Shown here piece by piece: positions 10,375-20,909 of a DNA stretch of 64,000 nucleotides (position 1 is the first letter of the stretch; each line of letters opens with the position of its first letter). Where the stretch lies: the NCBI GenBank assembly GCA_045646345.1, contig JAZRKN010000007.1:1-64000 (forward strand), given 5' to 3'. This DNA comes from Candidatus Scatovivens sp. (GTDB lineage: Bacteria > Bacillota > Clostridia > TANB77 > CAG-508). The translations under genes were made by a program, and so were the position numbers. Below the pieces are notes generated by a model. That model saw nothing but the letters and a program-made list of their open reading frames with translations, was not told the origin of the DNA and did not search any database.

Positions 10375-10992
10375 ATGGATTTTAGTTTTCCAAAAAATTT
10401 GAATTTTAATATAATGACTGTTTTATTAGGGTTATATTTTATTTTGTTGGGAATTGCGTATTATGCAATTTTTCATAAACATCATAAAAGAAATAAAGTA
10501 GAATTAGATGAATTAGTAACTTTAGTAACAAAGTTTTATACCAGAAGTATGTTAGCAACATTCTTTATTTATATAGGTATAGGAAGTATAATAGAAGCAC
10601 ATGCTGTCAAATATGATAGAAGTGAAGCTATATTTTATATTTTAGTTGGTATTATAATTATAAGTATAACAATAATAAATTATATATTTTATATAAAAAA
10701 ATCATTAAAAGATTATGATCAAGATGTGCGAGAAGCAGAACGAAAAAGAACAATTAAAATTGGTGAAATTCTAGAATTGATATTTTTAATAATCTTTATG
10801 TTAATGCCGTTATGGCAAATACCATTTTTTATGGAAATAGAAGAAACAAAAAAATTGTTTTTTGAAGTGTTAAAATCTATAGGTATAGCAATTGCCGCAA
10901 CTGTTTTATTAATAACATTAAATCCAATAGATATTAAATCTAAAATATTTAATAAATGTAGGAACAAAGAAAATAAAAAAATATACAAATAA
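10375..10992 (+). CDS. Integral membrane hypothetical protein
   Basis: About 5 hydrophobic segments; AAGGAG RBS. Confidence 0.7.
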   Translation: MDFSFPKNLNFNIMTVLLGLYFILLGIAYYAIFHKHHKRNKVELDELVTLVTKFYTRSMLATFFIYIGIGSIIEAHAVKYDRSEAIFYILVGIIIISITIINYIFYIKKSLKDYDQDVREAERKRTIKIGEILELIFLIIFMLMPLWQIPFFMEIEETKKLFFEVLKSIGIAIAATVLLITLNPIDIKSKIFNKCRNKENKKIYK

Positions 10993-11013
10993 ACATACAA
11001 AAGAGGTGATTTT

Positions 11014-12477
11014 ATGAAATTTAAAAAATTAAGTGTTGGGAAATCAATTTTTTTATCGGTATTAGTTGTTTTTGTAGTTTTTTTAATAATTAGAATTTAT
11101 CATTATCAAGTTTTAAAGAAAATATCTGATGCAGGAAAAGCATTTGTTGAATCTGAAGATTACAATTATATTGTAAAAATAGTCGGAGAAAATTCTGAAG
11201 AAATAATTAAGCAATACAAAAATGGTAGCAAGATGTATCATCATTCATATTATAAGATTTTAAGTTTAAATTATGAATCTAATGATTATTCTGTAGAAGA
11301 TTTAGATGATGAATTTTTAAATGTTTATTATGCTAGTGAAAAAGATGATATTTTAGTAATTTGTACACATAGCGAAGAATCATTATATGATTTTTCAAGA
11401 CCTGTGAATTTTACGACTTATTTGATGCTTGACTCTGATTCGATTTATATCGATACCTATGGAGTATTTTCTAAAATTTCAAATTGGATACATTATAGAA
11501 TAATGTATCCTGCTGTATTTGAAAGAGAATATAATGGTAAAACTTGTTATGTGTATAAAAAATTCTCAAATATGAGAGAGTGGATAGATAAAGAGACATT
11601 GTTACCTGTAAAAATAGAATTCCTAGAAAATGATGGGCAAGTTTATCAAACAAGCTACTACGAATATAATAAGCTTTCTGATAAAGTCATAGAGTTACCA
11701 AATCCAAAAGATTTTAAAACAGTAGAATATTATGATAGTGGAAAGCAGGTTGAAAATTCTTGGAAGAAACCAGCTGAAGAAGCAATTTCTGGAACTAATT
11801 TAAAACCTGATGAAATGCTTGCTGAAAATATAGAGATAAAAGATAATGAAGTTTTAAATTTCTTAGAATTAACACCAAATGAAGATGGAATTGTTTCATT
11901 AGATATATATTCTTATGAAACATATAATAAATTTAGAACAAAATATTCGAATTTAAGAGAATTAACAGAAAAAGATTTTGAAAGATATTTTGTATCAATT
12001 GCCTTTAAAGAAGGATATAAATTGAATTATTTAGAGCGTTGGGAAAGTAGTCAAGCAAATATTACTAATATTATAGTGAATACAGAAGAGGCTAATACTG
12101 AAAATTTAACTTTACTGGTACTTCCTAAATCTACTGGTAATATGAATGTTGAATACATTGAAAATACTAAAAAAATTAAAATTGATTCTTATGAGGCAGT
12201 TGATAATGTTCAAAAATATTTAGATGATTTTGCAAAAGAGTATGATTTAGAGAATATGGATTTTATGGGATATAATAATGATTTTATATGCAAGTTAACA
12301 AATAAAAAATTTGCAGAATTAGATTATATTATAAATCCTGTAAAAGGAGAAGAACCTCTTTGTTGGAGAATCGACTGGTGTGTTTATAGAGGAGATGCAG
12401 AGGCACAATTTAGTGATTTAATTATTTATATAGATGCAACAACAGGAGAAGTAATTGGCTCTAAAGCTGATTATTAA
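11014..12477 (+). CDS. Membrane-anchored extracellular protein with C-terminal PepSY-like motif
   Basis: N-terminal TM; WIDKETLLPVKIE; terminal WRI...IYIDATTGEVIG. Confidence 0.6.
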   Translation: MKFKKLSVGKSIFLSVLVVFVVFLIIRIYHYQVLKKISDAGKAFVESEDYNYIVKIVGENSEEIIKQYKNGSKMYHHSYYKILSLNYESNDYSVEDLDDEFLNVYYASEKDDILVICTHSEESLYDFSRPVNFTTYLMLDSDSIYIDTYGVFSKISNWIHYRIMYPAVFEREYNGKTCYVYKKFSNMREWIDKETLLPVKIEFLENDGQVYQTSYYEYNKLSDKVIELPNPKDFKTVEYYDSGKQVENSWKKPAEEAISGTNLKPDEMLAENIEIKDNEVLNFLELTPNEDGIVSLDIYSYETYNKFRTKYSNLRELTEKDFERYFVSIAFKEGYKLNYLERWESSQANITNIIVNTEEANTENLTLLVLPKSTGNMNVEYIENTKKIKIDSYEAVDNVQKYLDDFAKEYDLENMDFMGYNNDFICKLTNKKFAELDYIINPVKGEEPLCWRIDWCVYRGDAEAQFSDLIIYIDATTGEVIGSKADY

Positions 12478-12487
12478 AATAAAATAA

Positions 12488-12516
12488 TTGACATAATAAA
12501 GAAATTGTAGTAAAAT
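12488..12516 (+). promoter_or_regulatory. Sigma-A promoter of the thrS leader
   Basis: TTGACA-17 bp-TAAAAT. Confidence 0.8.
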
Positions 12517-12532
12517 AACAATGTAGTATATA

Positions 12533-12756
12533 TGAACGATGAAGAGGAAAAGTAAAATATAGGTTATCAAAAGAGAGAAAGTGTCATGGGCTGAAAGCAC
12601 TTTTAGAAAAACATATTTGAAAAACTACCTTGGAGTTTCCATTTGAAAAAGTGGCGCGAATAGATGGCGTTAATATCTAACCTGAGTTAAACAGTAGGGT
12701 GGAACCGTAAGAAATAAACTTACCCCTATAGGCATTTTGTCTATAGGGGATTTTTG
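12533..12756 (+). promoter_or_regulatory. Threonine T-box leader
   Basis: AGAGA and GCTGAAA stem I motifs, Thr specifier ACC near 12627, T-box AGGGTGGAACCG at 12696-12707, terminator CCCCTATAG/CTATAGGGG plus T tract. Confidence 0.93.
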
Positions 12757-12839
12757 TATTTATAAGCAAAAATCCCAATATAGAGAAAGCTTAAATAAAT
12801 TTTTAATTAGCCAAGAAAGTGGCAGAGGAGGAATTTATT

Positions 12840-14597
12840 ATGTTTAAAATTAAACTACACGGAGGAAAAACACAAGAAGTTGAAGAAGCAATGTTCTGGC
12901 ATTCATCTTCACACATTTTAGCACAAGCTGTTAAAAGACTTTATCCAGAAGCAAAGTTAGCAATAGGACCATCTATAGAAAATGGATTCTATTATGATTT
13001 TGATGTTGAGAAACCATTCTCAGAAGAAGATCTAGCAAAAATCGAAGAAGAAATGAAAAAAATTATTAAAGAAGATTTAGAACTAGAAAGATTTGAACTT
13101 CCAAGAGAAGAAGCTTTAAAATTAATGGAAGAAAAAGGAGAACCTTATAAAGTAGAATTAATTAATGATTTACCAGAAGGTGAAGTTATTTCTTTCTATA
13201 AACAAGGAGATTTTACAGATTTATGTAGAGGACCTCACGTTCCAAATACAGGGGTTATTAAAGCTGTAAAACTATTAACATCTTCAGGAGCTTACTGGAG
13301 GGGTGATGAAAAAAATAAAATGCTTCAAAGAATTTATGGTATTTCATTCCCTAAAGCAAGCGAATTAGAAGAATATTTAAATATGCTTGAAGAAGCTAAA
13401 AAAAGAGATCATAGAAAATTAGGTAAAGAATTAGACTTATTCTTCTTTGATGAAACAGCTCCAGGTATGGCATATTGGATGCCAAAAGGATTTAAAATGA
13501 TGAATATTTTAATCGATCTTTGGAGAAAAGAACATGAAAAGAGAGGATATTTAGAATTTTCTGGACCACAATTAAATAGTAGTGAACTTTGGAAAACATC
13601 AGGACACTGGGATCATTATAAAGAAGATATGTTTGTTTTAGAAGATTCAGATGGAAAAGAGCAAGCATTAAAACCAATGAACTGTCCAAATGCTATTAAA
13701 ATTTACGCTTCAAAATTAAGAAGTTATAAAGATTTACCACTTAGATTTAGTGACATAGACGTTATTCATAGAAATGAAAAATCAGGACAATTAAATGGAT
13801 TATTTAGAGTTAGAATGTTCCGTCAAGATGATGCACACAACTTTATTACACAAGATCAAATTGGTTCTGAAATTAAAGATATAATTGAAATTGCAAAATA
13901 TTTATATGGAATTTTTGGACTAGATTTTGAATTAACATTATCAACAAGACCAGATGATTTCATGGGAGATATTGAATTATGGAATGAAGCTGAAGCTAAT
14001 TTAAGAAATGTATTAGATGAATTATGTGGAAAAGATCAATACAGAATTAATGAAGGTGATGGTGCTTTCTATGGACCAAAAATTGATATTAAAATGAAAG
14101 ATTGTTTAGGAAGAGAATGGCAAATGGGAACAGTTCAAGTTGACTTCCAATTACCACTAAGATTTAACCTATCTTATATCGATTCAAACGGAGATAAGAA
14201 AACTCCAATATTAATTCATAGAGCTTTATTTGGATCATTTGAAAGATTTATTGGAATTATTACAGAACATTTTGCTGGAGCTTTCCCAGCATGGCTTTCA
14301 CCAGTACAAGTAAAAGTATTGCCAATTTCAGATAATCAAAAAGAATATGCTGAAAAAGTTGTAGCAGAATTAAAAGCTGCTGGATTAAGAGTAGAATTGG
14401 ATGATAGACAAGAAAAGATTGGATATAAAATTCGTGAAGCACAACTTTCTAAAGTACCATATATGTTAATATTAGGTGAAAAAGAAGTTGAAAGCGGAGC
14501 TGTAGGAGTTAGAGCTAGAAAAGAAGGAGATATTGGTGCAATGCCAATAGAAGACTTTATAGCAAAACTTAAAGAAGAAATTAAAAATTTTAAATAA
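12840..14597 (+). CDS. thrS: Threonine--tRNA ligase (short N-terminus)
   Basis: HSSSH, DLCRGPH, RDHRKLG, KPMNCP, GAFYGPKID motifs; GAGGAGG RBS before ATG 12840. Confidence 0.98.
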   Translation: MFKIKLHGGKTQEVEEAMFWHSSSHILAQAVKRLYPEAKLAIGPSIENGFYYDFDVEKPFSEEDLAKIEEEMKKIIKEDLELERFELPREEALKLMEEKGEPYKVELINDLPEGEVISFYKQGDFTDLCRGPHVPNTGVIKAVKLLTSSGAYWRGDEKNKMLQRIYGISFPKASELEEYLNMLEEAKKRDHRKLGKELDLFFFDETAPGMAYWMPKGFKMMNILIDLWRKEHEKRGYLEFSGPQLNSSELWKTSGHWDHYKEDMFVLEDSDGKEQALKPMNCPNAIKIYASKLRSYKDLPLRFSDIDVIHRNEKSGQLNGLFRVRMFRQDDAHNFITQDQIGSEIKDIIEIAKYLYGIFGLDFELTLSTRPDDFMGDIELWNEAEANLRNVLDELCGKDQYRINEGDGAFYGPKIDIKMKDCLGREWQMGTVQVDFQLPLRFNLSYIDSNGDKKTPILIHRALFGSFERFIGIITEHFAGAFPAWLSPVQVKVLPISDNQKEYAEKVVAELKAAGLRVELDDRQEKIGYKIREAQLSKVPYMLILGEKEVESGAVGVRARKEGDIGAMPIEDFIAKLKEEIKNFK

Positions 14598-14732
14598 AAT
14601 TAAAATGTAAGAGAAGATTTGATTCTTCTCTTATTTTTTCTTATAGAGCATATTGTTGATTTTTGGAAATCTTTAATATAGAATGTATATGTATATTAAA
14701 GAAAGGGATTTTTTAAATCTTTGGTGATACAT

Positions 14733-15845
14733 ATGAATAAAAAAGTATTACATATAATTTTAACAATAGTATATATCGTTATATTTGTGTTTGCTTGCAA
14801 AGGTATGATGAAAGTATTTGAAAATGATAATGATAATGTATCTACAGTAAAGCCACTAAGTGAAGAAGAAATTGCCGAAAGTAAAAATCAAATATATGTT
14901 ATACCAACAACAAAAGATATAATTAAGGAAAATGCAGCATGGTGTGCATCATTTCAACTTATATGGAATGATATTCAAGATAATTTAGTTGAAGGCGATA
15001 TAATATTTGATGAACAAAATACATTGGTGGATAATTTAAATAATCAAATTTTTGAAGAAAAAAATATTTCTAATGAATATTATTATAAAAAATGCGGATT
15101 AATGACTCCTGCTTTAAAAGAAGAAATTGAAAGAGGAGTATTAAAAAAGTTCGGTGAAAAAAATACTTTTTTAAATACATTGGAGTGGGAAAATAGAGGA
15201 CAAAGATATTTTTTATATTCAATGATAAAAAAAGATGTTGAGTTTTTAAGAGGATTTGAAATTTTAGAAAAAGGAAGTTTTAAAGATACAGAAAGTGTTG
15301 AGTATTTTGGGATAGAAAAATCAGAAGATAAAAACTTAAGGGAACAAGTTTATGTACTTTATTATGAAAACGAGAAAGATTTTGCGGTAAAGTTATATAC
15401 AAAATCTGGTGATGAAATTATAGTTGCAACCAAAAATGATGGAACAAATTTTGAAGAAATTTATAACAAGATAATTGATAAAAATAAAGTTTATACAGGA
15501 ACAAGAGAATTTGGTAAATTAGATACATTTAAAATGCCAAATTTAAGTATGGATGTGTTAAGAGAATATGAAGAATTAGCGGGAAAACCGTTTGGAATAA
15601 AAAATGGAAATTCTGTTGAAATAGAGAAAGCTATTCAAATAATTCAAATTAATCTTAATAATAAATCTGGAAAGGCAAAAAAAGAAGAAAAACAAGAAAT
15701 ACAATCTGGAATTACATTTGATATAGGAGAACCAAGAGATTTTATATTTAATAGTGACTTTGTAATGTTTTTTAAAGAAACTAGTAAAGAGTATCCATAT
15801 TTTGCGGCATCTATAAATGATATAAAATTATTTGAACAAAATTAG
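14733..15845 (+). CDS. Membrane-anchored serpin-like hypothetical protein
   Basis: N-terminal TM; FKMPNL and FIFNSDFVMFFKE...PYF resemble the serpin C-terminal signature. Confidence 0.5.
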   Translation: MNKKVLHIILTIVYIVIFVFACKGMMKVFENDNDNVSTVKPLSEEEIAESKNQIYVIPTTKDIIKENAAWCASFQLIWNDIQDNLVEGDIIFDEQNTLVDNLNNQIFEEKNISNEYYYKKCGLMTPALKEEIERGVLKKFGEKNTFLNTLEWENRGQRYFLYSMIKKDVEFLRGFEILEKGSFKDTESVEYFGIEKSEDKNLREQVYVLYYENEKDFAVKLYTKSGDEIIVATKNDGTNFEEIYNKIIDKNKVYTGTREFGKLDTFKMPNLSMDVLREYEELAGKPFGIKNGNSVEIEKAIQIIQINLNNKSGKAKKEEKQEIQSGITFDIGEPRDFIFNSDFVMFFKETSKEYPYFAASINDIKLFEQN

Positions 15846-16126
15846 AAGAAATACTTGATTAATAAAATATTTATGTTATAATCTTTAATACGCCAAAGGA
15901 AAAGGCATCTATTGCAATTTGTAAATAGATGCTTTTTTTATGTTTTGTGACATATAAAATAAATTAATAACGAGCTTTTAATTTGCAACTTGCTAAAATC
16001 AAAAAGCTCGTTCATTTTGCGTTGCAAAAAGGCTGTTTTGACATTATATTTTTCTAACTGAAAGTTCTGATTTCAAAAATTTAATTGATTTGAAATTGGA
16101 TTCTATTTTTAAGAGGAGGATTTAAA

Positions 16127-18352
16127 ATGGACGAAAAAGAATTTTTAAGAGAAAAAGAAAAGTTAAAGGAGGTAACTGAAAAACTCGAAATTGAAGAAAA
16201 GGTGATAGAGAAAAATCTATCAAATACTTCTAGTAATCATGAAAAAGATTCTTATGTAAGAGCACAATTGGTTTATGTTGGGAACAAAAAATTAAAAGAT
16301 TTAAAGAAAATTAAAGATAAACCTTATTTTGCAAGAATCGATTTTACAGCAAAGGGAGAGTCGATAGAAAAACTCTATATTGGTAAGTTATCAATATTAG
16401 ATAGTAATTCTCAAGAACCAATAATAATTGACTGGAGAGCTCCTATCTCGAATCTTTATTATGATGGAAGAGTTGGAGAATCTAGTTATGATTCACCAGG
16501 GGGAATGGTTGAAGGAACTATTTCTTTAAAAAGACAATATTTTATCGAGAATAAAGAACTAAAAAAATATTCTGATATTGATTTAAAGGCAAATGACGAA
16601 CTTCTTCAAGTTGCTCTAGAAGAAAAAGCGGATGACAGATTGAAAAATATTGTTGCTACAATTCAGGGGGAACAAAATAATATTATAAGAGCAGATATGA
16701 ATAAAGCATTAATTGTACAAGGTGTCGCAGGAAGTGGAAAAACCACGATTGCTTTACATAGGATTGCATATCTTATTTATAATTGTGATAAAGAATTTAA
16801 TCCAGAAGATTTTATGATAATAGCGCCAAACAAATTCTTTTTAAATTATATTTCAAATGTCTTACCAGATTTGGGCGTTGAAAATGTAAAACAATATACC
16901 TTTGAAGATTTGGCTTATGAAATAATAGGAAAGAAATTGAAAATATCAGATAGTAATGAAAAGCTAGTAACAATTGTTAATAAAGAATTTGATGAAATAA
17001 ATAATGGTGATATAAATACAATAATTCAAGAATCAAAACTGAAATCATCAATAGAATTTAAGAATGTAGTAGATGGGTTCTTAAAAGAATTAGAAGAAAA
17101 TTATTTACCAAAAAAAGATTTCCTTCTAGAAAATGTTAGAATAATGAGATATGAAAATATTCAAAAATTATTTGTAGAAACATATAAAGATTTGGATTTT
17201 GAAAAAAGAATTAATGAAGTAAAAAAACATATATTTTCAAAAATAAAAAATAATAAACAAGTAATAGAAGATACGATAATAGCCAAAAGAACTGCTAGAA
17301 TAAATGCTATGTTAAAAGATGAGACATTAACTGAAGAAGAACAAAGAGAAAAAAGAATAGAAATATTTGAAGAAACTGAAAAAGTTTTAAAACAATTAGA
17401 TAAAAATGATATTAAAATTGTAGATTCATATTTTAATGAAATAATAAAAAAAGATGCTATAGGGCATTATAAAGATTTTATTGAAAATTATATATTTGAC
17501 AAATTAGATAATGAAGTTTTAGGAACTTATTTGGTAAGAAACACAATGAGAAATTTAAATAAAAACGAAGTGACTTTTGAAGATTTAGCTCCTATAATTT
17601 ATATTCATTATAAAATCTATGGAACAAAAGTAAAATCAAAATTGAGACATGTTATAGTAGATGAAGCACAAGATTATGGAGAATTCCAATTTAGTACTTT
17701 AAAAACGATTTTAAAAAGTAATTCAATGACAATATTAGGAGATATTGCACAAGGTGTACATTCATATAGAGGAATAGAAAATTGGAAAAAATTTATCGAT
17801 ATTGAATTTCCAGAAAGAGATGCAGTTTATACAACTTTAGAAAAAACATATAGAACTACTAAAGACATAATGTATAAAGCAAATAAAGTAATTGAGAAGT
17901 TACCTGAATTTGAAAAGCAATTTATAGTAAAAGGTGAACCTGTAATAGACAAAAAGGATTCAATAAATATTAAAAAAATGGAAAATGAAGATGAGACAAT
18001 TACAGCTTGCTTAGAAAAGATTAATGAGTATAGTTCTAGTGGATTCAAATCGATTGCAATAATTGGAAAAGATATGAATGAATGTAAAATGATTAAGAAA
18101 AAAATCGAAAAATATAATAAAGATATTAAATTGATTCAAAGTAAAGATTCAGAATATCATGCTGGTATATCAATAGTTCCATCATATCTTGCAAAAGGTC
18201 TGGAATTTGATAGTGTAATTTTGTTTAATGTAAATAGTGAAAATTATAAAAATACTGTATTAGATATAAAATTATTATATGTGGCAATTACTAGAGCAAT
18301 GAGTAAATTAGATGTGTTTTATACAGGAAAAATTTCTGAAATAATGGAATAG
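16127..18352 (+). CDS. helD: HelD-family RNA polymerase recycling ATPase (UvrD-like)
   Basis: KPYFARIDF, IIDWRAPIS, IVATIQ.EQ, VQGVAGSGKTTIALHRIAYL, VDEAQD, AKGLEFD, LYVAITRA. Confidence 0.9.
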   Translation: MDEKEFLREKEKLKEVTEKLEIEEKVIEKNLSNTSSNHEKDSYVRAQLVYVGNKKLKDLKKIKDKPYFARIDFTAKGESIEKLYIGKLSILDSNSQEPIIIDWRAPISNLYYDGRVGESSYDSPGGMVEGTISLKRQYFIENKELKKYSDIDLKANDELLQVALEEKADDRLKNIVATIQGEQNNIIRADMNKALIVQGVAGSGKTTIALHRIAYLIYNCDKEFNPEDFMIIAPNKFFLNYISNVLPDLGVENVKQYTFEDLAYEIIGKKLKISDSNEKLVTIVNKEFDEINNGDINTIIQESKLKSSIEFKNVVDGFLKELEENYLPKKDFLLENVRIMRYENIQKLFVETYKDLDFEKRINEVKKHIFSKIKNNKQVIEDTIIAKRTARINAMLKDETLTEEEQREKRIEIFEETEKVLKQLDKNDIKIVDSYFNEIIKKDAIGHYKDFIENYIFDKLDNEVLGTYLVRNTMRNLNKNEVTFEDLAPIIYIHYKIYGTKVKSKLRHVIVDEAQDYGEFQFSTLKTILKSNSMTILGDIAQGVHSYRGIENWKKFIDIEFPERDAVYTTLEKTYRTTKDIMYKANKVIEKLPEFEKQFIVKGEPVIDKKDSINIKKMENEDETITACLEKINEYSSSGFKSIAIIGKDMNECKMIKKKIEKYNKDIKLIQSKDSEYHAGISIVPSYLAKGLEFDSVILFNVNSENYKNTVLDIKLLYVAITRAMSKLDVFYTGKISEIME

Positions 18353-18557
18353 CTGATTTTAATTTTGTTGATAAATATTATATAAAAGGAAGTGAAAAAA
18401 TCACTTCTTTTTATATTTTTATAAAGAGATAAAATTATTAAAAAATATATAAAAAATAATTGCCAAAAAGAAAATAAAAAACTAATCTAATAATTGATAA
18501 ATTAAAATTTATATGATATACTGAGCGTGAATTATAAGAAGAAAGGGAGAATTCGAA

Positions 18558-20888
18558 GTGGAAAAGATAACAAAAGGTGAATTACAAAAGAAATTAGAAT
18601 ATTTAAACTTAGATTTTGACGATATTCCAGGTGAAGTAATAGATTATAGCCCACTTAATTTTAATGTTTCTAGATTAAATAATGATAAAGATCATAGAAT
18701 ATTTAGATTTGTTCCAATTGATCAGATTGATATATTAATTACTCCTTGTTTAAGAACAGAACCATTAAAAGAAAAATATGCTAAAGCTTTGCCGTTACAC
18801 AGATATATTCTTCCTGCTGAAAATGAAGAGGATATTGAAAGATATACGACATTCTTAAAAATGCTTGAATCAATGAATGTTAATGAAATTGAAAATGTTG
18901 CAACTCTTCAAAAAGAATTAGAGAAAAAAGAACCATTTAAAGTAAAATATAATAAAGATAATATGTGGCAAATATATTATTCTGAAGCTACTGGTAGATT
19001 TTTTATGCTTGTTTGTAGCAAAGAAAAAACATTTGCTGAATTTTTCTATTTATTAAAATCAAAGATTGAATTTGCAAAAGGAAGAGCAAGAATTGCGCCA
19101 AGAATATATGTGCCAATTAATGCAATGAATTATTGTGAAGAGTATTTAAATAGAAATGAAATTGCAGATTTAGAAAATTATTTATGGTTATTTACTAAAA
19201 ATTGGGCTTTAACATTCGAGGTGTATAATAGAACAAACGGATTATCACTTCAAATTGTTGGAGAAACAGTTGTATATGATGATGTTAAAAGTTCATATAA
19301 AGTAAAATTAACAAATAGAGAAGAAGCGATTAAATTTTATAAATTGTTAAAAGCTTTATTTATAATGCAAACAGAGATAAAAAATCATTTCAATTTTACT
19401 ACAAAAATAGATAGCAATAATAGTTTAGAATTATATATGGGTGAAAAAAGATTGACCTATGATATGATAACAGAATTTATAAGAACAGAATTTAAAATTG
19501 CAGAAGAAGAAATTAAAGTTCAAAATGAAAATATAGAAGAACTTCAAGAAGAATTAGAAAACTTGAAGTTTGCAGTAAAAGCAAAAGAAGATGAATACTT
19601 AGTAAAGCAAAAAGAAATTTCAACTTATTTAGAATATAAGAAAACATTTATAGGAAAAGTAAAATATTTCTTTAAATCACCAAAAATTAATAAAAAAATA
19701 AAAGAAGATAATAAAGTAGAAGAAAAAGAAATTGTTCAAGAAGAAACAAAAGCTGTTGATTTAGAACCAATGAATGCAGCATTTAAAGATAAGAAATTCT
19801 ATACAATAGAAGACTTAGTAACAATATATTCTCTTCTTGAAAAAGGTGAAAGAAATTATAAAAACTTAAATCAAGATTTAAAGGCTTTAAGATTAAAATT
19901 TGAAAATGTTGTTTCAAAAGTAAAAAATGCAAATCTTTATATTGAAGAAATAGACAAACATAGAAAATCAATTTTTGATTTCTGGAAATTCTCAAACAAA
20001 GATGAAAAATTAAGTCTAGAAATGGGAAATGAAACTGAAAAAGATGATGTAAATAAAAAAGTATTAAAGAAATCATTCGATTTAGCAACAGATTTAGAAG
20101 ATTTAGGTGCAAAAGTGGATACTCTTCAAAGAAAAAAATTGTCTAAAGAAGAAATGGATGCATTGTTTGTTGCAAATACAGAAGTGTTATACTTATTAAA
20201 TATGTTGAGAGAAAATGATTTAAATAAGAGAGCTTTAGAAAACACATTAGAAGAATTAAAAGAAGAATTTAATAATAATAGATTAGTTATTGATAGTGAA
20301 ACTTTTGATATATTTGGAAATGTTGAAGATGATTCAAGAAAATTAAAATATATTGGAAGTAGAAGTCATAGAGAAAACGAGAAAAGTAAATTCAAAATAT
20401 TAAATATCAATAAAAAAATAGATGTATTTGATTTTACAGAAAAACTTCAAAGTATAATTGGTTATCTAGAAGGAGCAACACCAAAAGCAACTGCTGAATA
20501 TGATTTCTCATTATATAAAGTTTCTCAAATAACAGAAAAAGTTAAAGAACAATCATTTGATATATATAATATTAATGTCGAAAAAGCATTGGAAGAATAT
20601 GAAGATGATGGAGAAGGTGCTTTAAATTTAATAAAATTAAATTATAAAGAAGGATTGCCTTTACTATATTATTCAAACATAATATATTTTGATAATAACA
20701 ATCAAACATTACCGGTTGGTATGGATATGTCAACAAGAGTATTTTTAGATTGTAAAAAGTTGAACTTCAAATTAGTTGGTAAAAATAAATTTAGAACAAA
20801 TAATTATTTTACAGAAAGTAATAATTTAATATTACCAAAATCTAAAGATGTATTTGTATATGAATATGATGTTGAATTAAAAAACTAA
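18558..20888 (+). CDS. Hypothetical protein with central coiled coil, 776 aa
   Basis: Long ORF, GGGAG RBS, E/K-rich heptad region; no family recognised. Confidence 0.8.
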   Translation: MEKITKGELQKKLEYLNLDFDDIPGEVIDYSPLNFNVSRLNNDKDHRIFRFVPIDQIDILITPCLRTEPLKEKYAKALPLHRYILPAENEEDIERYTTFLKMLESMNVNEIENVATLQKELEKKEPFKVKYNKDNMWQIYYSEATGRFFMLVCSKEKTFAEFFYLLKSKIEFAKGRARIAPRIYVPINAMNYCEEYLNRNEIADLENYLWLFTKNWALTFEVYNRTNGLSLQIVGETVVYDDVKSSYKVKLTNREEAIKFYKLLKALFIMQTEIKNHFNFTTKIDSNNSLELYMGEKRLTYDMITEFIRTEFKIAEEEIKVQNENIEELQEELENLKFAVKAKEDEYLVKQKEISTYLEYKKTFIGKVKYFFKSPKINKKIKEDNKVEEKEIVQEETKAVDLEPMNAAFKDKKFYTIEDLVTIYSLLEKGERNYKNLNQDLKALRLKFENVVSKVKNANLYIEEIDKHRKSIFDFWKFSNKDEKLSLEMGNETEKDDVNKKVLKKSFDLATDLEDLGAKVDTLQRKKLSKEEMDALFVANTEVLYLLNMLRENDLNKRALENTLEELKEEFNNNRLVIDSETFDIFGNVEDDSRKLKYIGSRSHRENEKSKFKILNINKKIDVFDFTEKLQSIIGYLEGATPKATAEYDFSLYKVSQITEKVKEQSFDIYNINVEKALEEYEDDGEGALNLIKLNYKEGLPLLYYSNIIYFDNNNQTLPVGMDMSTRVFLDCKKLNFKLVGKNKFRTNNYFTESNNLILPKSKDVFVYEYDVELKN

Positions 20889-20909
20889 TTTTACCTAGGA
20901 GGAAATGAT

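Noticed and set aside
13299-13301. Alternative genetic code (AGG or TGA reassignment)
   Set aside because: AGG encodes the conserved Arg of ThrRS YWRGD, Trp is TGG, and conserved genes are intact under code 11
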